From positions 3,616,001-3,680,000 of the forward strand of contig OZ255842.1 in NCBI GenBank assembly GCA_965277805.1: DNA of 64,000 bases, given 5' to 3'. This document shows, one piece after another, positions 48,818 to 58,983 of the stretch; the first letter of the stretch is position 1, and every line of letters begins with the position of its first letter. This stretch comes from Candidatus Lustribacter sp. (GTDB lineage: Bacteria > Vulcanimicrobiota > Vulcanimicrobiia > Vulcanimicrobiales > Vulcanimicrobiaceae). The notes beneath the pieces are model-generated. The model did not search any database, was not told where the DNA came from, and saw only the letters and a list, made by a program, of their open reading frames with translations. A program made the position numbers and the translations under genes.

Positions 48818-51084
48818 GCAGAACTCGCGTCGGCCCCTACATTTGGAGCGCGCTCGTTGCGTTGATCGGCGCCGTCGTCGTCATGCACCTGTGGCACATG
48901 CGCGTCGGCATCCCGCTCTACTACAGCCGCGGCGGCGAAGAGCTGATGGTCCTTACGTGGACGAAGGCGATGCTCGACGGCGGATGGTACGGCACGATCG
49001 CGCACCTCGGCGCGCCGTTTGCGATGTCAACGGCCGACTATCCGCTCCCGGACCTGCTGCACACCCTGGTGCTGCGCGTCATCACCCTTGTGGTGCATCA
49101 CGCACCGGTTGCCGTGAACCTTTACTTCATCGCGGGCTTTCCGTTGATCGCACTGGCCGGCACCTACGCTCTGCGGCGTCTGGGCGTCTCGTCGGGCGCG
49201 GCCGTTGCGATGTCGGTCATCTACGCGCTGTTGCCGTTTCGCTTCATGCGCAACGAAGGGGCCCTGTTCGCCTCTCAGTACTACATCCTGCCGCTGCTGG
49301 TGCTCGCAGTTGTCTGGGTTCTGCGCGAACACGCGCTGTTCGATCCGGGCCGCCGCAGGCCGACGCGAGACGGCTACATCTTTCTCGTAAGCCTGCTCGC
49401 GCTCTCGTGGGATAACACCTACGATGCCGCCTTCGGCGTGATGCTTCTCGCCTTCGCGGCGGCGGCGTCGTATGCACGCACGCGCGCTTGGCGCGGCGCA
49501 GCGGCGGCGCTCGTGGGGATCATCGTGATCTTCGCCGGTGCCGAGATCGAACTTCTGCCGTCGACCATCTACCAGCTCCAGCACGGCAAGGATGCCGCCA
49601 TCGTCTCCCTAGCGCCGCAGACATCCGAGTATAACGCGTTGACGCTGGCGCAACTCGTCCTCCCGATCCAGAACCACCGCATCCCGAAACTGGCTCGCAT
49701 GCGGGCGAAGTTTGATTCGGGGCTTGTTGACTTTATCAACGAGAACTCCTCAGCCACGCTCGGAGTGGTGGGCGCGCTGGGCTTTCTCGGCACCTTGGCG
49801 GCGCTGCTGCTCGTGCGCACCGAGCGCGACGGCGATCTGTGGCCCGAGCTCTCGCGATTGAATCTAGCGATGTTTTTCATCGCGACCATCGGCGGGGTGG
49901 GGGCGCTGATCACGTACTATCTCGTTCCACAGCTGGATCTCTACAATCGCATCTCGCCGCTGATCGCCTTCGTTTCTCTGGCGGCGGTCGCGCTCGTTCT
50001 CGATACGATCCGGCGACGCCGGCTCGCGGAGTGGAACGGCGTGTGGGCGATGGGCCTCACGCTTTTGACGGCGGTTGCGATCTTCGATCAAACCTCAGCC
50101 ACCTACGTGCCGAACTATAACGCCGACATTCAAGCGTATAACGCTGATACCGGATTCGCGACAATGCTCGAAAGCCGCCTCGGGCCCAATGCGCAGGTGT
50201 ATCAGTTACCGCACGTCGCGTTCCCGAGCATCGCCCCAGTCGAGCGGCTCCAACCCTGGGACCAAACGGCGCTCTACCTGCAATCGCACACCCTGCACTA
50301 CAGCTTTGGGACGACCGTCGGGCGCAAAGACGACGATTGGCAACTCGCCACGAACGCGCTGCCCTTGCATGCATCGCTCATGGAACTCGTACTTGCCGGG
50401 TTCCAGGGCATCGTGGTCTACACAGCCGGCTACGCGGACAACGGGAACGCCGAGATCGGCGCGCTATCATCGCAGCTGGGAACCGACCCGGTCCTTCGCG
50501 ACGACCGCATGGCCGCGTTCTTCGACCTCAGCAAGCTGCACGCGCGCTACATCGCGGCCGTCGGAGCCGATAAGGCGGCCTCCGTACGCGCGACGATCAT
50601 TCACGCCGTACCCGGCGGCATCCAGCATCCGCCTGAGGACATTGCTATGGCAATGGGTACGGCCGGGCGATTACTCGACGCGGTGAGCACGCCGCCGGCG
50701 ACGGCAATCGACGTCACCTTCGCGGCGGGCTGCTACGCGCCGGAGCGAAACGCCACATCGGATTGGCATTGGTGCGGCAACTCAGCCCTCCTGACACTTC
50801 TGAACCATGGCCCGGCGCAACGCATCGTGCTGAAGTACACGTTGACAACCGGCGCGCCGGCGCAGGTGACGGCTGCCGCAAATGGGACGCGCGCAATACT
50901 CGAGGGTTCGCCGCAAGGAAGTTCCGTCAATGAAACACTCCTCGTTCCGCCCGGACGAACCGCCCTGCGGCTCACCACCAGCGCGCAGCCCATCGCGGCA
51001 CCCGCCGATCCGCGCCGTCTTACGATGCAAATTGCGAATTTACGGGTATTTCAAACACACGCAGGTAACGTAACACCGCCTTGA
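48814..51084 (+). CDS. Polytopic membrane protein, GT-C-like (paralog B, extra C-terminal beta domain)
   Basis: GGEE after TM1; shared blocks with paralog A (QLVLPIQ.HRIP, NENSSATLG). Confidence 0.6.
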   Translation: MSRTRVGPYIWSALVALIGAVVVMHLWHMRVGIPLYYSRGGEELMVLTWTKAMLDGGWYGTIAHLGAPFAMSTADYPLPDLLHTLVLRVITLVVHHAPVAVNLYFIAGFPLIALAGTYALRRLGVSSGAAVAMSVIYALLPFRFMRNEGALFASQYYILPLLVLAVVWVLREHALFDPGRRRPTRDGYIFLVSLLALSWDNTYDAAFGVMLLAFAAAASYARTRAWRGAAAALVGIIVIFAGAEIELLPSTIYQLQHGKDAAIVSLAPQTSEYNALTLAQLVLPIQNHRIPKLARMRAKFDSGLVDFINENSSATLGVVGALGFLGTLAALLLVRTERDGDLWPELSRLNLAMFFIATIGGVGALITYYLVPQLDLYNRISPLIAFVSLAAVALVLDTIRRRRLAEWNGVWAMGLTLLTAVAIFDQTSATYVPNYNADIQAYNADTGFATMLESRLGPNAQVYQLPHVAFPSIAPVERLQPWDQTALYLQSHTLHYSFGTTVGRKDDDWQLATNALPLHASLMELVLAGFQGIVVYTAGYADNGNAEIGALSSQLGTDPVLRDDRMAAFFDLSKLHARYIAAVGADKAASVRATIIHAVPGGIQHPPEDIAMAMGTAGRLLDAVSTPPATAIDVTFAAGCYAPERNATSDWHWCGNSALLTLLNHGPAQRIVLKYTLTTGAPAQVTAAANGTRAILEGSPQGSSVNETLLVPPGRTALRLTTSAQPIAAPADPRRLTMQIANLRVFQTHAGNVTPP

Positions 51085-51956
51085 AGATTTGCACCAATTG
51101 CAGCACTCGCTACGACGGGCCGAATTGGGACTGCCCGAATTGTTCGTTCAAACCCGATCGGTTGGCATCCCACATTCGCTTCGCACCGGAAGTCGCGACG
51201 GAGACGGCAGGCTTCGAGCCGGAATTCTTCGAGAACCTGTTCGCCCTCGAGGCAAGCAACTTTTGGTTTCGCGCCCGGAACGAACTCATTCTCTGGGCAA
51301 TGAAGGCCTACTTCAGCACGGCGCGATCGATGCTCGAAATCGGATGCGGAACGGGCTTCGTGCTCTCGGGAGTGGAGCGAGCGTTCCCGCAGCTGGTGCT
51401 TTCCGGAACCGAAGTGCTCGATCGCGGGCTGGAGCTGACCGCCAAACGCATCAAGTCCGCGACGCTCTATCAGATGGATGCGCGCTCCATACCCTTTGAG
51501 AATGAGTTCGACGTGATCGGCGCGTTCGACGTCATCGAGCACATCGTGGAAGATTCGCGCGTGCTGGCGGAGATGTACCGCGCCGTGAAACCCGGGGGCG
51601 GCATCCTCGTGACCGTACCGCAGCATCCCTGGCTCTGGAGCCAGGGCGACGTTCACGCTCACCACGAACGCCGGTATGTCGCCGCGGACTTCGCACGACA
51701 GGTGCGCACGGCCGGTTTCCGGATTTCGCGGATGACGTCGTTCGTGTCGCTCCTCTTGCCGCTCTTACTGATTTCACGGCGGCGAAACACGGGAGCGTCT
51801 TTCGATCCCCACGCCGAATTCAAAATCCCCGCCTATCAAAACGCGATCCTCGAATGGGCTCTGGGGATCGAACGCTCCCTGATCCAGGCAGGCGTCAATT
51901 TTCCCGCCGGCGGATCACTGCTCGTCATCGCTCACAAACCGGAGTCTGCCGGATGA
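51081..51956 (+). CDS. Class I SAM methyltransferase with N-terminal CxxC...CxxC
   Basis: CTNC..CPNC; LEIGCGTG, FDVIEH, VKPGG. Confidence 0.85.
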   Translation: MKICTNCSTRYDGPNWDCPNCSFKPDRLASHIRFAPEVATETAGFEPEFFENLFALEASNFWFRARNELILWAMKAYFSTARSMLEIGCGTGFVLSGVERAFPQLVLSGTEVLDRGLELTAKRIKSATLYQMDARSIPFENEFDVIGAFDVIEHIVEDSRVLAEMYRAVKPGGGILVTVPQHPWLWSQGDVHAHHERRYVAADFARQVRTAGFRISRMTSFVSLLLPLLLISRRRNTGASFDPHAEFKIPAYQNAILEWALGIERSLIQAGVNFPAGGSLLVIAHKPESAG

Positions 51957-52681
51957 TCTCCATCGAACCAAACGTCGTCGACGCCGAACTCGAGAAGCGC
52001 GGCTACCTCATTATCAAAGATGCAGCGCTGACCGAGTTGTGCAGCGCCGCTCACGACGAATACTACCGGTGCTTTGAGGCGTCGACGCTACACGCGCCAC
52101 GCGACCGGTTCCACTATACCGACCTGATCAAGAATCCGTGGCGCAAACTGACGATCGGCTCCGGCAACGGGCTCGGCGAAGCGTACGCCCAGAATCTGCA
52201 GACGACGTATTTTCATTTCGACGATCCGAACTACCCGAGGCTCGGCTCGTTGTTCAAGATGATGACCGTCATGCGCAACAAGCTCATGGGCGTTTCCGAG
52301 TCGTTCGGTTCGGATCCCGATCACGATCGCTTTTGGGACGCTTGCCGCGTGCATCACTATCCGCGCGGCGGCGGTTTTATGGCCGTCCACCGCGATACGT
52401 ACTTCCCCCAGATCATCGACGCGCAGATCGGCAAGCCGTACTATCAGATCTGCGTGCTGCTCAGTCGCAAAGGCACGGACTTCGGGACGGGCGGCGGAAT
52501 TATCATCGATAACGACGACGCCAAGGTCGACCTCGAAACGGCGGCCGGCTTCGGCTCGCTCATCCTATTCGATGGCCGCGCGCGCCACGCCGTCGAGGAC
52601 GTCGATCTCGATACCATCATCGACTTCAATCGGGCCGACGGGCGGTTAGCTGCCTTCGTGAACCTCTACGCGGTCCGATAG
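51953..52681 (+). CDS. 2OG-Fe(II) oxygenase-like protein
   Basis: YPRGGG..HRD, GG, LILFDGRARH, GR. Confidence 0.65.
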   Translation: MISIEPNVVDAELEKRGYLIIKDAALTELCSAAHDEYYRCFEASTLHAPRDRFHYTDLIKNPWRKLTIGSGNGLGEAYAQNLQTTYFHFDDPNYPRLGSLFKMMTVMRNKLMGVSESFGSDPDHDRFWDACRVHHYPRGGGFMAVHRDTYFPQIIDAQIGKPYYQICVLLSRKGTDFGTGGGIIIDNDDAKVDLETAAGFGSLILFDGRARHAVEDVDLDTIIDFNRADGRLAAFVNLYAVR

Positions 52682-53599
52682 CGGGCCGCCATAGACCTTG
52701 CGGACGACCGTGAGCGGACGCCGCTTCGTCTCCGAGAGAATGTTCGCGACATAGATGCCCTGAATGCCGAGAATGACCGTCGAGAGCGCGCCGAAAAACC
52801 AGATCGACACGATGATCGATGTGAAGCCGGTGACGGGAACACGTGCAAACGCGTAAAGCAGCACGAAGTACACGATCAGCGCCGCAGCAACGGCCGTCAG
52901 CGCGAGGCCGAGATAGAAGACCATGTAGAGCAGCTTGGTCGACGACGTCGTCAGGTGCTTGACGAAATACTGCACGCGCATGCGGAACGAGTAGGTCGAC
53001 GTCGAGCTCATATGCTTCGTCGCCGCGATGCCGACTTGCCGGAAGCCGGACGACGCCCACAGCTGCGAGATGAGGAACTCGCGATCGCGGTGCTCGAGCA
53101 GCGCGTCGACATAATCTCGCTTCATGAGCCTGGCCGTCATGATGTTGCGCGGAATCCGGTCGGTGCTGAGCTTATCGAGGAGCCAAAAGTAGACTTCGCC
53201 CGTGAACTGCGTCATGAAGCCGCCGCGCCGCTGGGGCTGAAACCCGTACACGACGTCGCAATCGCCTTCCATCAGACGAGCGTAAAAGATGCCGAGCAGT
53301 TCGGGATCTTCATCGAGATCGCTATCGAGCAGAAACACGAGGTCACCGCTCGCATGCGCGAGCCCCGTCATGAGCGCCTTATGGTGCCCGAAATTCCGCG
53401 AGAGGTCGACCACGACGACGCGGGGGTCCAGTTGCCGCAACGCGAGGGCGCGACCGAGACTGTCGTCGGGCGAGCCGTCGTTGACCATGATGAGCTCCAG
53501 CTCGTAGCCGAGGGGTTCGGCTGCCGCCACGGCGCGCAGGTAGAACTCATTGATCGTCCCGGCCGACCGGTACAGCGTCGTCACGATGGACAGCTTCAT
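52646..53599 (-). CDS. GT2 polyprenol-phosphate glycosyltransferase (GtrB/ArnC-like)
   Basis: NDGSPD, LSRNFGH, DSDLD; two C-terminal TMs. Confidence 0.9.
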   Translation of the reverse strand: MKLSIVTTLYRSAGTINEFYLRAVAAAEPLGYELELIMVNDGSPDDSLGRALALRQLDPRVVVVDLSRNFGHHKALMTGLAHASGDLVFLLDSDLDEDPELLGIFYARLMEGDCDVVYGFQPQRRGGFMTQFTGEVYFWLLDKLSTDRIPRNIMTARLMKRDYVDALLEHRDREFLISQLWASSGFRQVGIAATKHMSSTSTYSFRMRVQYFVKHLTTSSTKLLYMVFYLGLALTAVAAALIVYFVLLYAFARVPVTGFTSIIVSIWFFGALSTVILGIQGIYVANILSETKRRPLTVVRKVYGGPLSDRVEVHEGS

Positions 53600-54390
53600 G
53601 CGGCGTTGTTCCAGGGCGTCAGGCGAAGAAACTTCTCCAAGTTCGTTCGGCCGATTGCCTCCGTTTTCTTGTCATCGAGGCCGCCCGCGAGATCCTCAAA
53701 GCGCGCTCGCACGGCTGCGTGCCCGTAGTCGGGAAAATCCGCACCGATGCAGATCCGGCTCTCAAATGCCCGGAAGAGAAACTTCAAATCGAGATCGATC
53801 GAGCTTCCCTGGTATTTCATCATCGTGTGCGAGAGGTCGAGAAGCAGGTTCGGCGAGTGCCGAGCGAGCTGCGCATAGCGCATCAGTTCAACGTCGCCGC
53901 CGTGAACCAGCACCAGACGGCAATCGCCCGCGTCTTGCAGCGCCGCAACCAGATCGTAGAGGGGATCATGGCGCGGATACGCGTCGACCCCGGCGTGAAA
54001 GTACGTGCACAAGAAGACCACGAGATCACGCTCGGCTGCCGCGCGAAATGCGGGCGCCAGCGACGGATCGCGCAGATCAACTCCGGAGTTGCGCGGATGA
54101 ATCTTGATGCCGCGGAACCCGAGCGTGGCGATCGCGTCGAACTGCGCAGTCACGTCTGCAGCGCGCGGGTCGACGCCCGCGATCGGCACGAGTTCCGGAT
54201 ACGGGCGGCACATTGCCGCAAACTCGGCATGCGCGTAGCCCTCGATACCGGCCAGACCGACGGCACAAGCGCGTGCGAAACCATTGTCTCGCATCGACGC
54301 AACGAGCGTTTCGACCCTCGCATCGCGGTCACTGTTCGGCCAGCGGCCGGAGAGTGTCGGATGTGCCAGAGAGTCAAAGAGACCCGTCAT
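53596..54390 (-). CDS. Amidohydrolase_2 family protein
   Basis: GIKIHP, LVHGG, LDLS, GADFP. Confidence 0.75.
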   Translation of the reverse strand: MTGLFDSLAHPTLSGRWPNSDRDARVETLVASMRDNGFARACAVGLAGIEGYAHAEFAAMCRPYPELVPIAGVDPRAADVTAQFDAIATLGFRGIKIHPRNSGVDLRDPSLAPAFRAAAERDLVVFLCTYFHAGVDAYPRHDPLYDLVAALQDAGDCRLVLVHGGDVELMRYAQLARHSPNLLLDLSHTMMKYQGSSIDLDLKFLFRAFESRICIGADFPDYGHAAVRARFEDLAGGLDDKKTEAIGRTNLEKFLRLTPWNNAA

Positions 54391-55583
54391 CCGGGCAGAT
54401 CGGTTTTTCGCCGGACCCCGCTCGCGGCAAGGCTCTTGATCTTGCGCAAGGCTGCAATGAATCGATCCTCGGGTTCAAAGCCAAGCGAGGCGCGCACGAA
54501 CCGGTCCGTACTCGCGCCATACGCCGAGCCCGGAACAACAGAGATCTTATCGTTGATCAGGAGATCGATCGCAAAGTCGTCGGCACTGCCCGGGTAGTTC
54601 TCAATCGAGATGAAGTAGTAAAACGTTCCCGTACCGGCCATCTTGACGAGGCCGATCTCGTCCATGATGCCGGCGATCCGGAGACGCTGCTCGGCGAGAA
54701 GGCGCGCCTGCGGCAATGTCGCCGCCGTCAGCTCATCGAAATAGCGCGCGACATATTGCTGCAGAATCGTCGGCGCGCAGGTAATAATGTGCTGATTGAG
54801 CTTCAGGCATTGTTTGACGAAGGCCGAATCGGCAATGAGATAGCCGAGCCGCCAACCGGCGATGCCCATGCTCTTGGAGAGCGAGTTGACAACGATCGCG
54901 CCGTCTTTATCCGGGACGATGGACGCCAGCGACACGAACTCATCGGCGGAGAGAAAGTCGCTATACGCCTCATCCATCAGGAGATAAACACCGCGCTCGC
55001 GGCACTGCGCGAACACCGATGCAATTTCGCGAGCGCCGTAGACGCGGCCCGCCGGGTTGTTGGGATTGTTGAGGATGAGGAGTTTTGTCCGCGGCGTGAA
55101 CTGCTCGGCAATCCGTGCGATGTCGACGTCGTGCGGAATAAAGCGAGGCACGGCACCGACGATGCCGGCCTGCTCTTGATAGCTCACCCAGGCGGGCTCG
55201 GGGATCGCGACCTCATCGCCCGGCTCGAGAGCCGCGAGCATGACCATGAAGATCGCTACTTTTGATCCGGCGGTAACCAGGATCTCAGTCGCCGGATCGA
55301 CCTGCGCTCCGTAATGCGCGCGATAAAACTCCGCCAGTTTGGCGCGCAGTTCGGCGATACCACGGCTGTCCGAGTAGTTGCTGCCCTTGTCGAGGTCCAT
55401 GGCATCGAAGCTCGGCCAGTCCATCGAAAAGAACGTGTCGCCCAGCGAGAGGACCGTCAGGTCTTCTCCCCTCGCCTTCAAATCGGCCACGATTTGATTC
55501 ATGCGAATCGACGCGGACTCGGCGATGTTGCGGACGCGCCGGCTCAACTGCATCGGCGGGTGCGCCGCGGTCGTTTCGCTCAC
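54387..55583 (-). CDS. Class I/II PLP aminotransferase
   Basis: NNPNNPAG, DEAY, SLSKSMGIAGWRLG. Confidence 0.9.
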   Translation of the reverse strand: MSETTAAHPPMQLSRRVRNIAESASIRMNQIVADLKARGEDLTVLSLGDTFFSMDWPSFDAMDLDKGSNYSDSRGIAELRAKLAEFYRAHYGAQVDPATEILVTAGSKVAIFMVMLAALEPGDEVAIPEPAWVSYQEQAGIVGAVPRFIPHDVDIARIAEQFTPRTKLLILNNPNNPAGRVYGAREIASVFAQCRERGVYLLMDEAYSDFLSADEFVSLASIVPDKDGAIVVNSLSKSMGIAGWRLGYLIADSAFVKQCLKLNQHIITCAPTILQQYVARYFDELTAATLPQARLLAEQRLRIAGIMDEIGLVKMAGTGTFYYFISIENYPGSADDFAIDLLINDKISVVPGSAYGASTDRFVRASLGFEPEDRFIAALRKIKSLAASGVRRKTDLPG

Positions 55584-56590
55584 GCTTCGACGTGTTGAAC
55601 GAGGCCCGAAGCGACGCGCTCCATCGTCTCGACGCTCGGATCGAGCCGATCCACGTCGCCCAAGGCAATGATCAGGCGCTTCGGGTCGACCGGAATCCGC
55701 TGCACCACGCCTTGGAGACGCGAGAGGAAGCTCGAGTGGAATCCGCCGATGCCGATGGCGACATCGAGTGAGGTGGAGCCGCCGCCGTCCGCCATGAGGG
55801 GACGAACGAACTCTTCACCGGCAGCGAGCACGCCGTAAATGTCGATGCCGGTCGGGACATCGAGCTTGTTGCAGATCGCAACGAGCGCTTCGGTTTGCGC
55901 GTTGCCGCCGCCGCGCCCGATACCCTGAAGCGTACAATCAACGATCGCCGCACCCGCGCGGTAGGCAGCCAAGCTGTTTGCATTGGCCATCAAGAGATTG
56001 TTGTGCCCGTGGAAGCCGACCGGGATCGACACGGCTGCGCATGTTTCACGAACGTACGCCGACACTTCATCGGGCAGCATGCAGCCGGCCGAATCGACCA
56101 CCGCGACAACGTCGGCACCCCATTGCTCGACCACGCGGACCGTCTCGGCATATTCCTCGGGTGAGAGCAAATACGATTTCATCGCGTTGTACGAAACGTA
56201 CAAGCCGAGGCTCTTCGCGTACTCGATGAAGGGCCGCGCCTGAGCAACTTCGGTCACGTTCGTGCCGATGCGCAGGAAGCCGAGTCCATGCTCACGTGCG
56301 GCCTTGATGTCTTCTTCACGGCCGATGCCGGGAATGATGAATGCACCGAACCGGGCCGTCGTGAGAACGCTGGTCGCCGCATCGCAGTATTCGATATCCG
56401 TCGCCGCCGCAACGCCGCGTTGCGGGTGCGATCCATTGAGGCCGACACCATGGCCGATCTCGATGAATTGAACGCCGGCATTTTCCAACGCCGAGCAGAT
56501 GGCGCGCGTATGCTGCGTCGTCCATTGGTAGTCGATCGCGTAGCTACCGTCGCGGATCGTGCAATCGAGTAAGGTGAGTGGCTTATTCAT
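55580..56590 (-). CDS. DmpG/MhpE-like class II pyruvate aldolase (DRE-TIM)
   Basis: TIRDG, EIGHGVGL, DSAG, GFHGHNN, GIGRGGGN, C-terminal communication-like domain. Confidence 0.85.
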   Translation of the reverse strand: MNKPLTLLDCTIRDGSYAIDYQWTTQHTRAICSALENAGVQFIEIGHGVGLNGSHPQRGVAAATDIEYCDAATSVLTTARFGAFIIPGIGREEDIKAAREHGLGFLRIGTNVTEVAQARPFIEYAKSLGLYVSYNAMKSYLLSPEEYAETVRVVEQWGADVVAVVDSAGCMLPDEVSAYVRETCAAVSIPVGFHGHNNLLMANANSLAAYRAGAAIVDCTLQGIGRGGGNAQTEALVAICNKLDVPTGIDIYGVLAAGEEFVRPLMADGGGSTSLDVAIGIGGFHSSFLSRLQGVVQRIPVDPKRLIIALGDVDRLDPSVETMERVASGLVQHVEA

Positions 56591-56594
56591 ATAC

Positions 56595-57365
56595 CTATCG
56601 CGCTACTGCGAGATCGACGGCCTCGGCGACCCGAGTGTTGGTGGCAAGCTTATTGACCGCAAAGATGGCCATCCATCGGCCTTCGAATGAGAGCCAATCG
56701 GCGTCTTTCTTCGTATCGATGTTTGCGACGCCGTGCGCCAGCTTCGGGCTGAAGAGGACGACGTCGCCCGGGCTCGTGTGCTTCTCGATCATCTCGATCT
56801 CGCCGTCGGCGCCCCGGACGAAGATGCCGCCTTCGTCGAAATCGCGGCCCAGCTCCGACATCATCAACAACGGCACGACGGCCTGGTGCGGACCGACCGG
56901 ATCGATGTGTTCGTTCATCCCGCCGATGCCCTTCGGATAAAACTGGAACGACAAGCGCGCGATGCAGTCGTCATAGGCCTCATAGCCGAGATAGGCACCG
57001 GGTTCGGCACAGGAGAGCAGATTGCGCAACTCAAAGATGAGCCGCAGCCGGCTGAACAGGCCAAAGACGTCGTCGTTCCACGGGAAGAACGAAAATTGAT
57101 GGAAGCACGCTTTTACATACGAGCGCTCGTCCCAGTGGCTGATGCGATGAAAATTTGAACAGTTCGGGAGGATCGCTTGCCAGCCGGGAAGCGAGCCCCG
57201 GCCGACCTGGCTCAGGTATGCGATCCACGCGGCAATTTCTTTGCGCGAAACGACGTTCCGGATGATGCATATGCGCTCGTCATCGAGCTGCTTCAAGAGC
57301 TCCTGACGGCACGCAGAATCTCGGACCAGATCATTCAACGGAGCTGTTTCGAAAATCTGGGTCAT
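56595..57365 (-). CDS. 2OG-Fe(II) oxygenase-like protein
   Basis: YPKGIG..HID, DFDEGG, PGDVVLF..LAHGV, GRW. Confidence 0.65.
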   Translation of the reverse strand: MTQIFETAPLNDLVRDSACRQELLKQLDDERICIIRNVVSRKEIAAWIAYLSQVGRGSLPGWQAILPNCSNFHRISHWDERSYVKACFHQFSFFPWNDDVFGLFSRLRLIFELRNLLSCAEPGAYLGYEAYDDCIARLSFQFYPKGIGGMNEHIDPVGPHQAVVPLLMMSELGRDFDEGGIFVRGADGEIEMIEKHTSPGDVVLFSPKLAHGVANIDTKKDADWLSFEGRWMAIFAVNKLATNTRVAEAVDLAVAR

Positions 57366-58039
57366 TCGGAGTCGACCTCGCCGGTAGGGATGAACCCAAG
57401 GTATTCGGGGAAAATTGTGTATTTCTTGTCGAAATCGTCCTGCAAGTCGACAAAGATCGTGAACTCGAACGGCATATAGTCCTGCCTGAGCACCACACGC
57501 TTGGAGTAGCTGTACGCCAGGTCCAAGACGGCGCAGGGGTCGGCGTTGTACAAGGACTCGTCCCGGAAGTCCACGCGATCGGTGATGAAGTTGGCGGCGA
57601 AGCCCCGCCGTGCCTTAGCGCGGAAGAGGTCGAAGGTTTCGCGGATAAAGCCCCAGTTGTCGGCCATGCGGAAGTTATAGAGGCCCGACGCCACGATGAC
57701 GTCGTAGCCTTGCGGCAATCCATCCGTCGAAATATCGAGCGCGCGCAGGTCGGCCTCGGGATAGCGCTCGCGGCCGGCTTCGATCAGGCGCGGGTTGAGA
57801 TCGATCCCGTGATAGCGCACATCCGCGCGACCGCTCTGCCGGCAGTAGTCGTACATGTCGCCGAAGCCGCAGCCGAAATCGAGCAAGTCGGCGTTCGCAA
57901 GATTCCAATACGACAGTAATATATCATAGCGGAGGATATGCTGACGCTTCGTCCAGCCGAGCGTGCGCGCGTCATGGCCGTACTGCTTGAGCCGCGCGTT
58001 GTAGCGTTCGAGCGTGGAGCGTTTCTCGTCGTCGTTCAC
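57362..58039 (-). CDS. Class I SAM methyltransferase
   Basis: LLDFGCGFG, YHGIDL, ASG. Confidence 0.85.
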   Translation of the reverse strand: MNDDEKRSTLERYNARLKQYGHDARTLGWTKRQHILRYDILLSYWNLANADLLDFGCGFGDMYDYCRQSGRADVRYHGIDLNPRLIEAGRERYPEADLRALDISTDGLPQGYDVIVASGLYNFRMADNWGFIRETFDLFRAKARRGFAANFITDRVDFRDESLYNADPCAVLDLAYSYSKRVVLRQDYMPFEFTIFVDLQDDFDKKYTIFPEYLGFIPTGEVDSE

Positions 58040-58983
58040 TCCGCAGGTTGTCCGTCGACGCGTTCGGCATACCCGATCCCGGCGCGGCCGTATCCGTTAC
58101 CGGCGTACAGGAGATAGGTCGCGTGCGGGAGCCGCATCAGGCGCGGGTAACATTGCATTTCGCTGTCGAAGTCGCTGCGGGCGAGTTCGAACGGGGCGGG
58201 CAAGCGGGTCCACGTATTCGGCGGTCCCTCGATCGAAGCGAACAGGCGATAACGATGTCCGCGCGCGGTGAAATACATGTAGCGCGTGCCGTCGACGGTA
58301 TCGATGTCGGGCGCGCCGAGCGCGTACTCATCGGGCGGGATAAGATCGACGATCACCGTGCCCGGTCGCTCCCAATGAATGCCGTCCCGCGAGTGCGCTT
58401 CACGAATATGATAGTAGTGGCGCGGCCCATCGGGACGGCGTTCCCAGCGCAAAAAGTTCGTATAGAACATGCGCCAGCCATCAGGCACCCGCTCCACGCA
58501 AATGGATCCGTTGCCCAGCGGTTCTTCATCGGTCATCGGCAACAGCGGCGCGCGCGTGGCGCGCCGGAACGTCTTGCCGCCGTCCGAGCTGATTGCTAAG
58601 CCGATCTGATTGCGAAACGGGATATCGCCGCCGAGCCGATTCCAGCCGACATAGTACATCCAAAGCTCGCCGTCGCGTTCGACGATCCAGGGATAGCTCA
58701 CGCCGTCCATGTCGAAGCATCCCGGCTCGCCTAAATCAAAGACCGGCTCTCGCGTGATTCCCGTCAGTTGCGGCGTGTCGCCCCACTTGAAGGTTGCGAT
58801 GCCGATTCTGCTCCGCACCGACTCATCTCGGCCCGTGAGAAAAAGCCGAACCGTTCCGTCGTCGGAAACGAGCGGGAAGAATGCCCCGAGGCCGCCGCCC
58901 ATCCAGCCGATCGAAAAGTCAGGCCGGAACACGACCCCGCGCGTTGCCCACGCAATCATGGTTTGCCGGTCATGCAGTGGCAA
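58036..58983 (-). CDS. Five-bladed beta-propeller glycosidase-like protein (GH32/GH130-like)
   Basis: FDMDGVSYP, LAISSDGGKTF, SRDGIHW, YAGNGYG. Confidence 0.65.
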   Translation of the reverse strand: MPLHDRQTMIAWATRGVVFRPDFSIGWMGGGLGAFFPLVSDDGTVRLFLTGRDESVRSRIGIATFKWGDTPQLTGITREPVFDLGEPGCFDMDGVSYPWIVERDGELWMYYVGWNRLGGDIPFRNQIGLAISSDGGKTFRRATRAPLLPMTDEEPLGNGSICVERVPDGWRMFYTNFLRWERRPDGPRHYYHIREAHSRDGIHWERPGTVIVDLIPPDEYALGAPDIDTVDGTRYMYFTARGHRYRLFASIEGPPNTWTRLPAPFELARSDFDSEMQCYPRLMRLPHATYLLYAGNGYGRAGIGYAERVDGQPAE

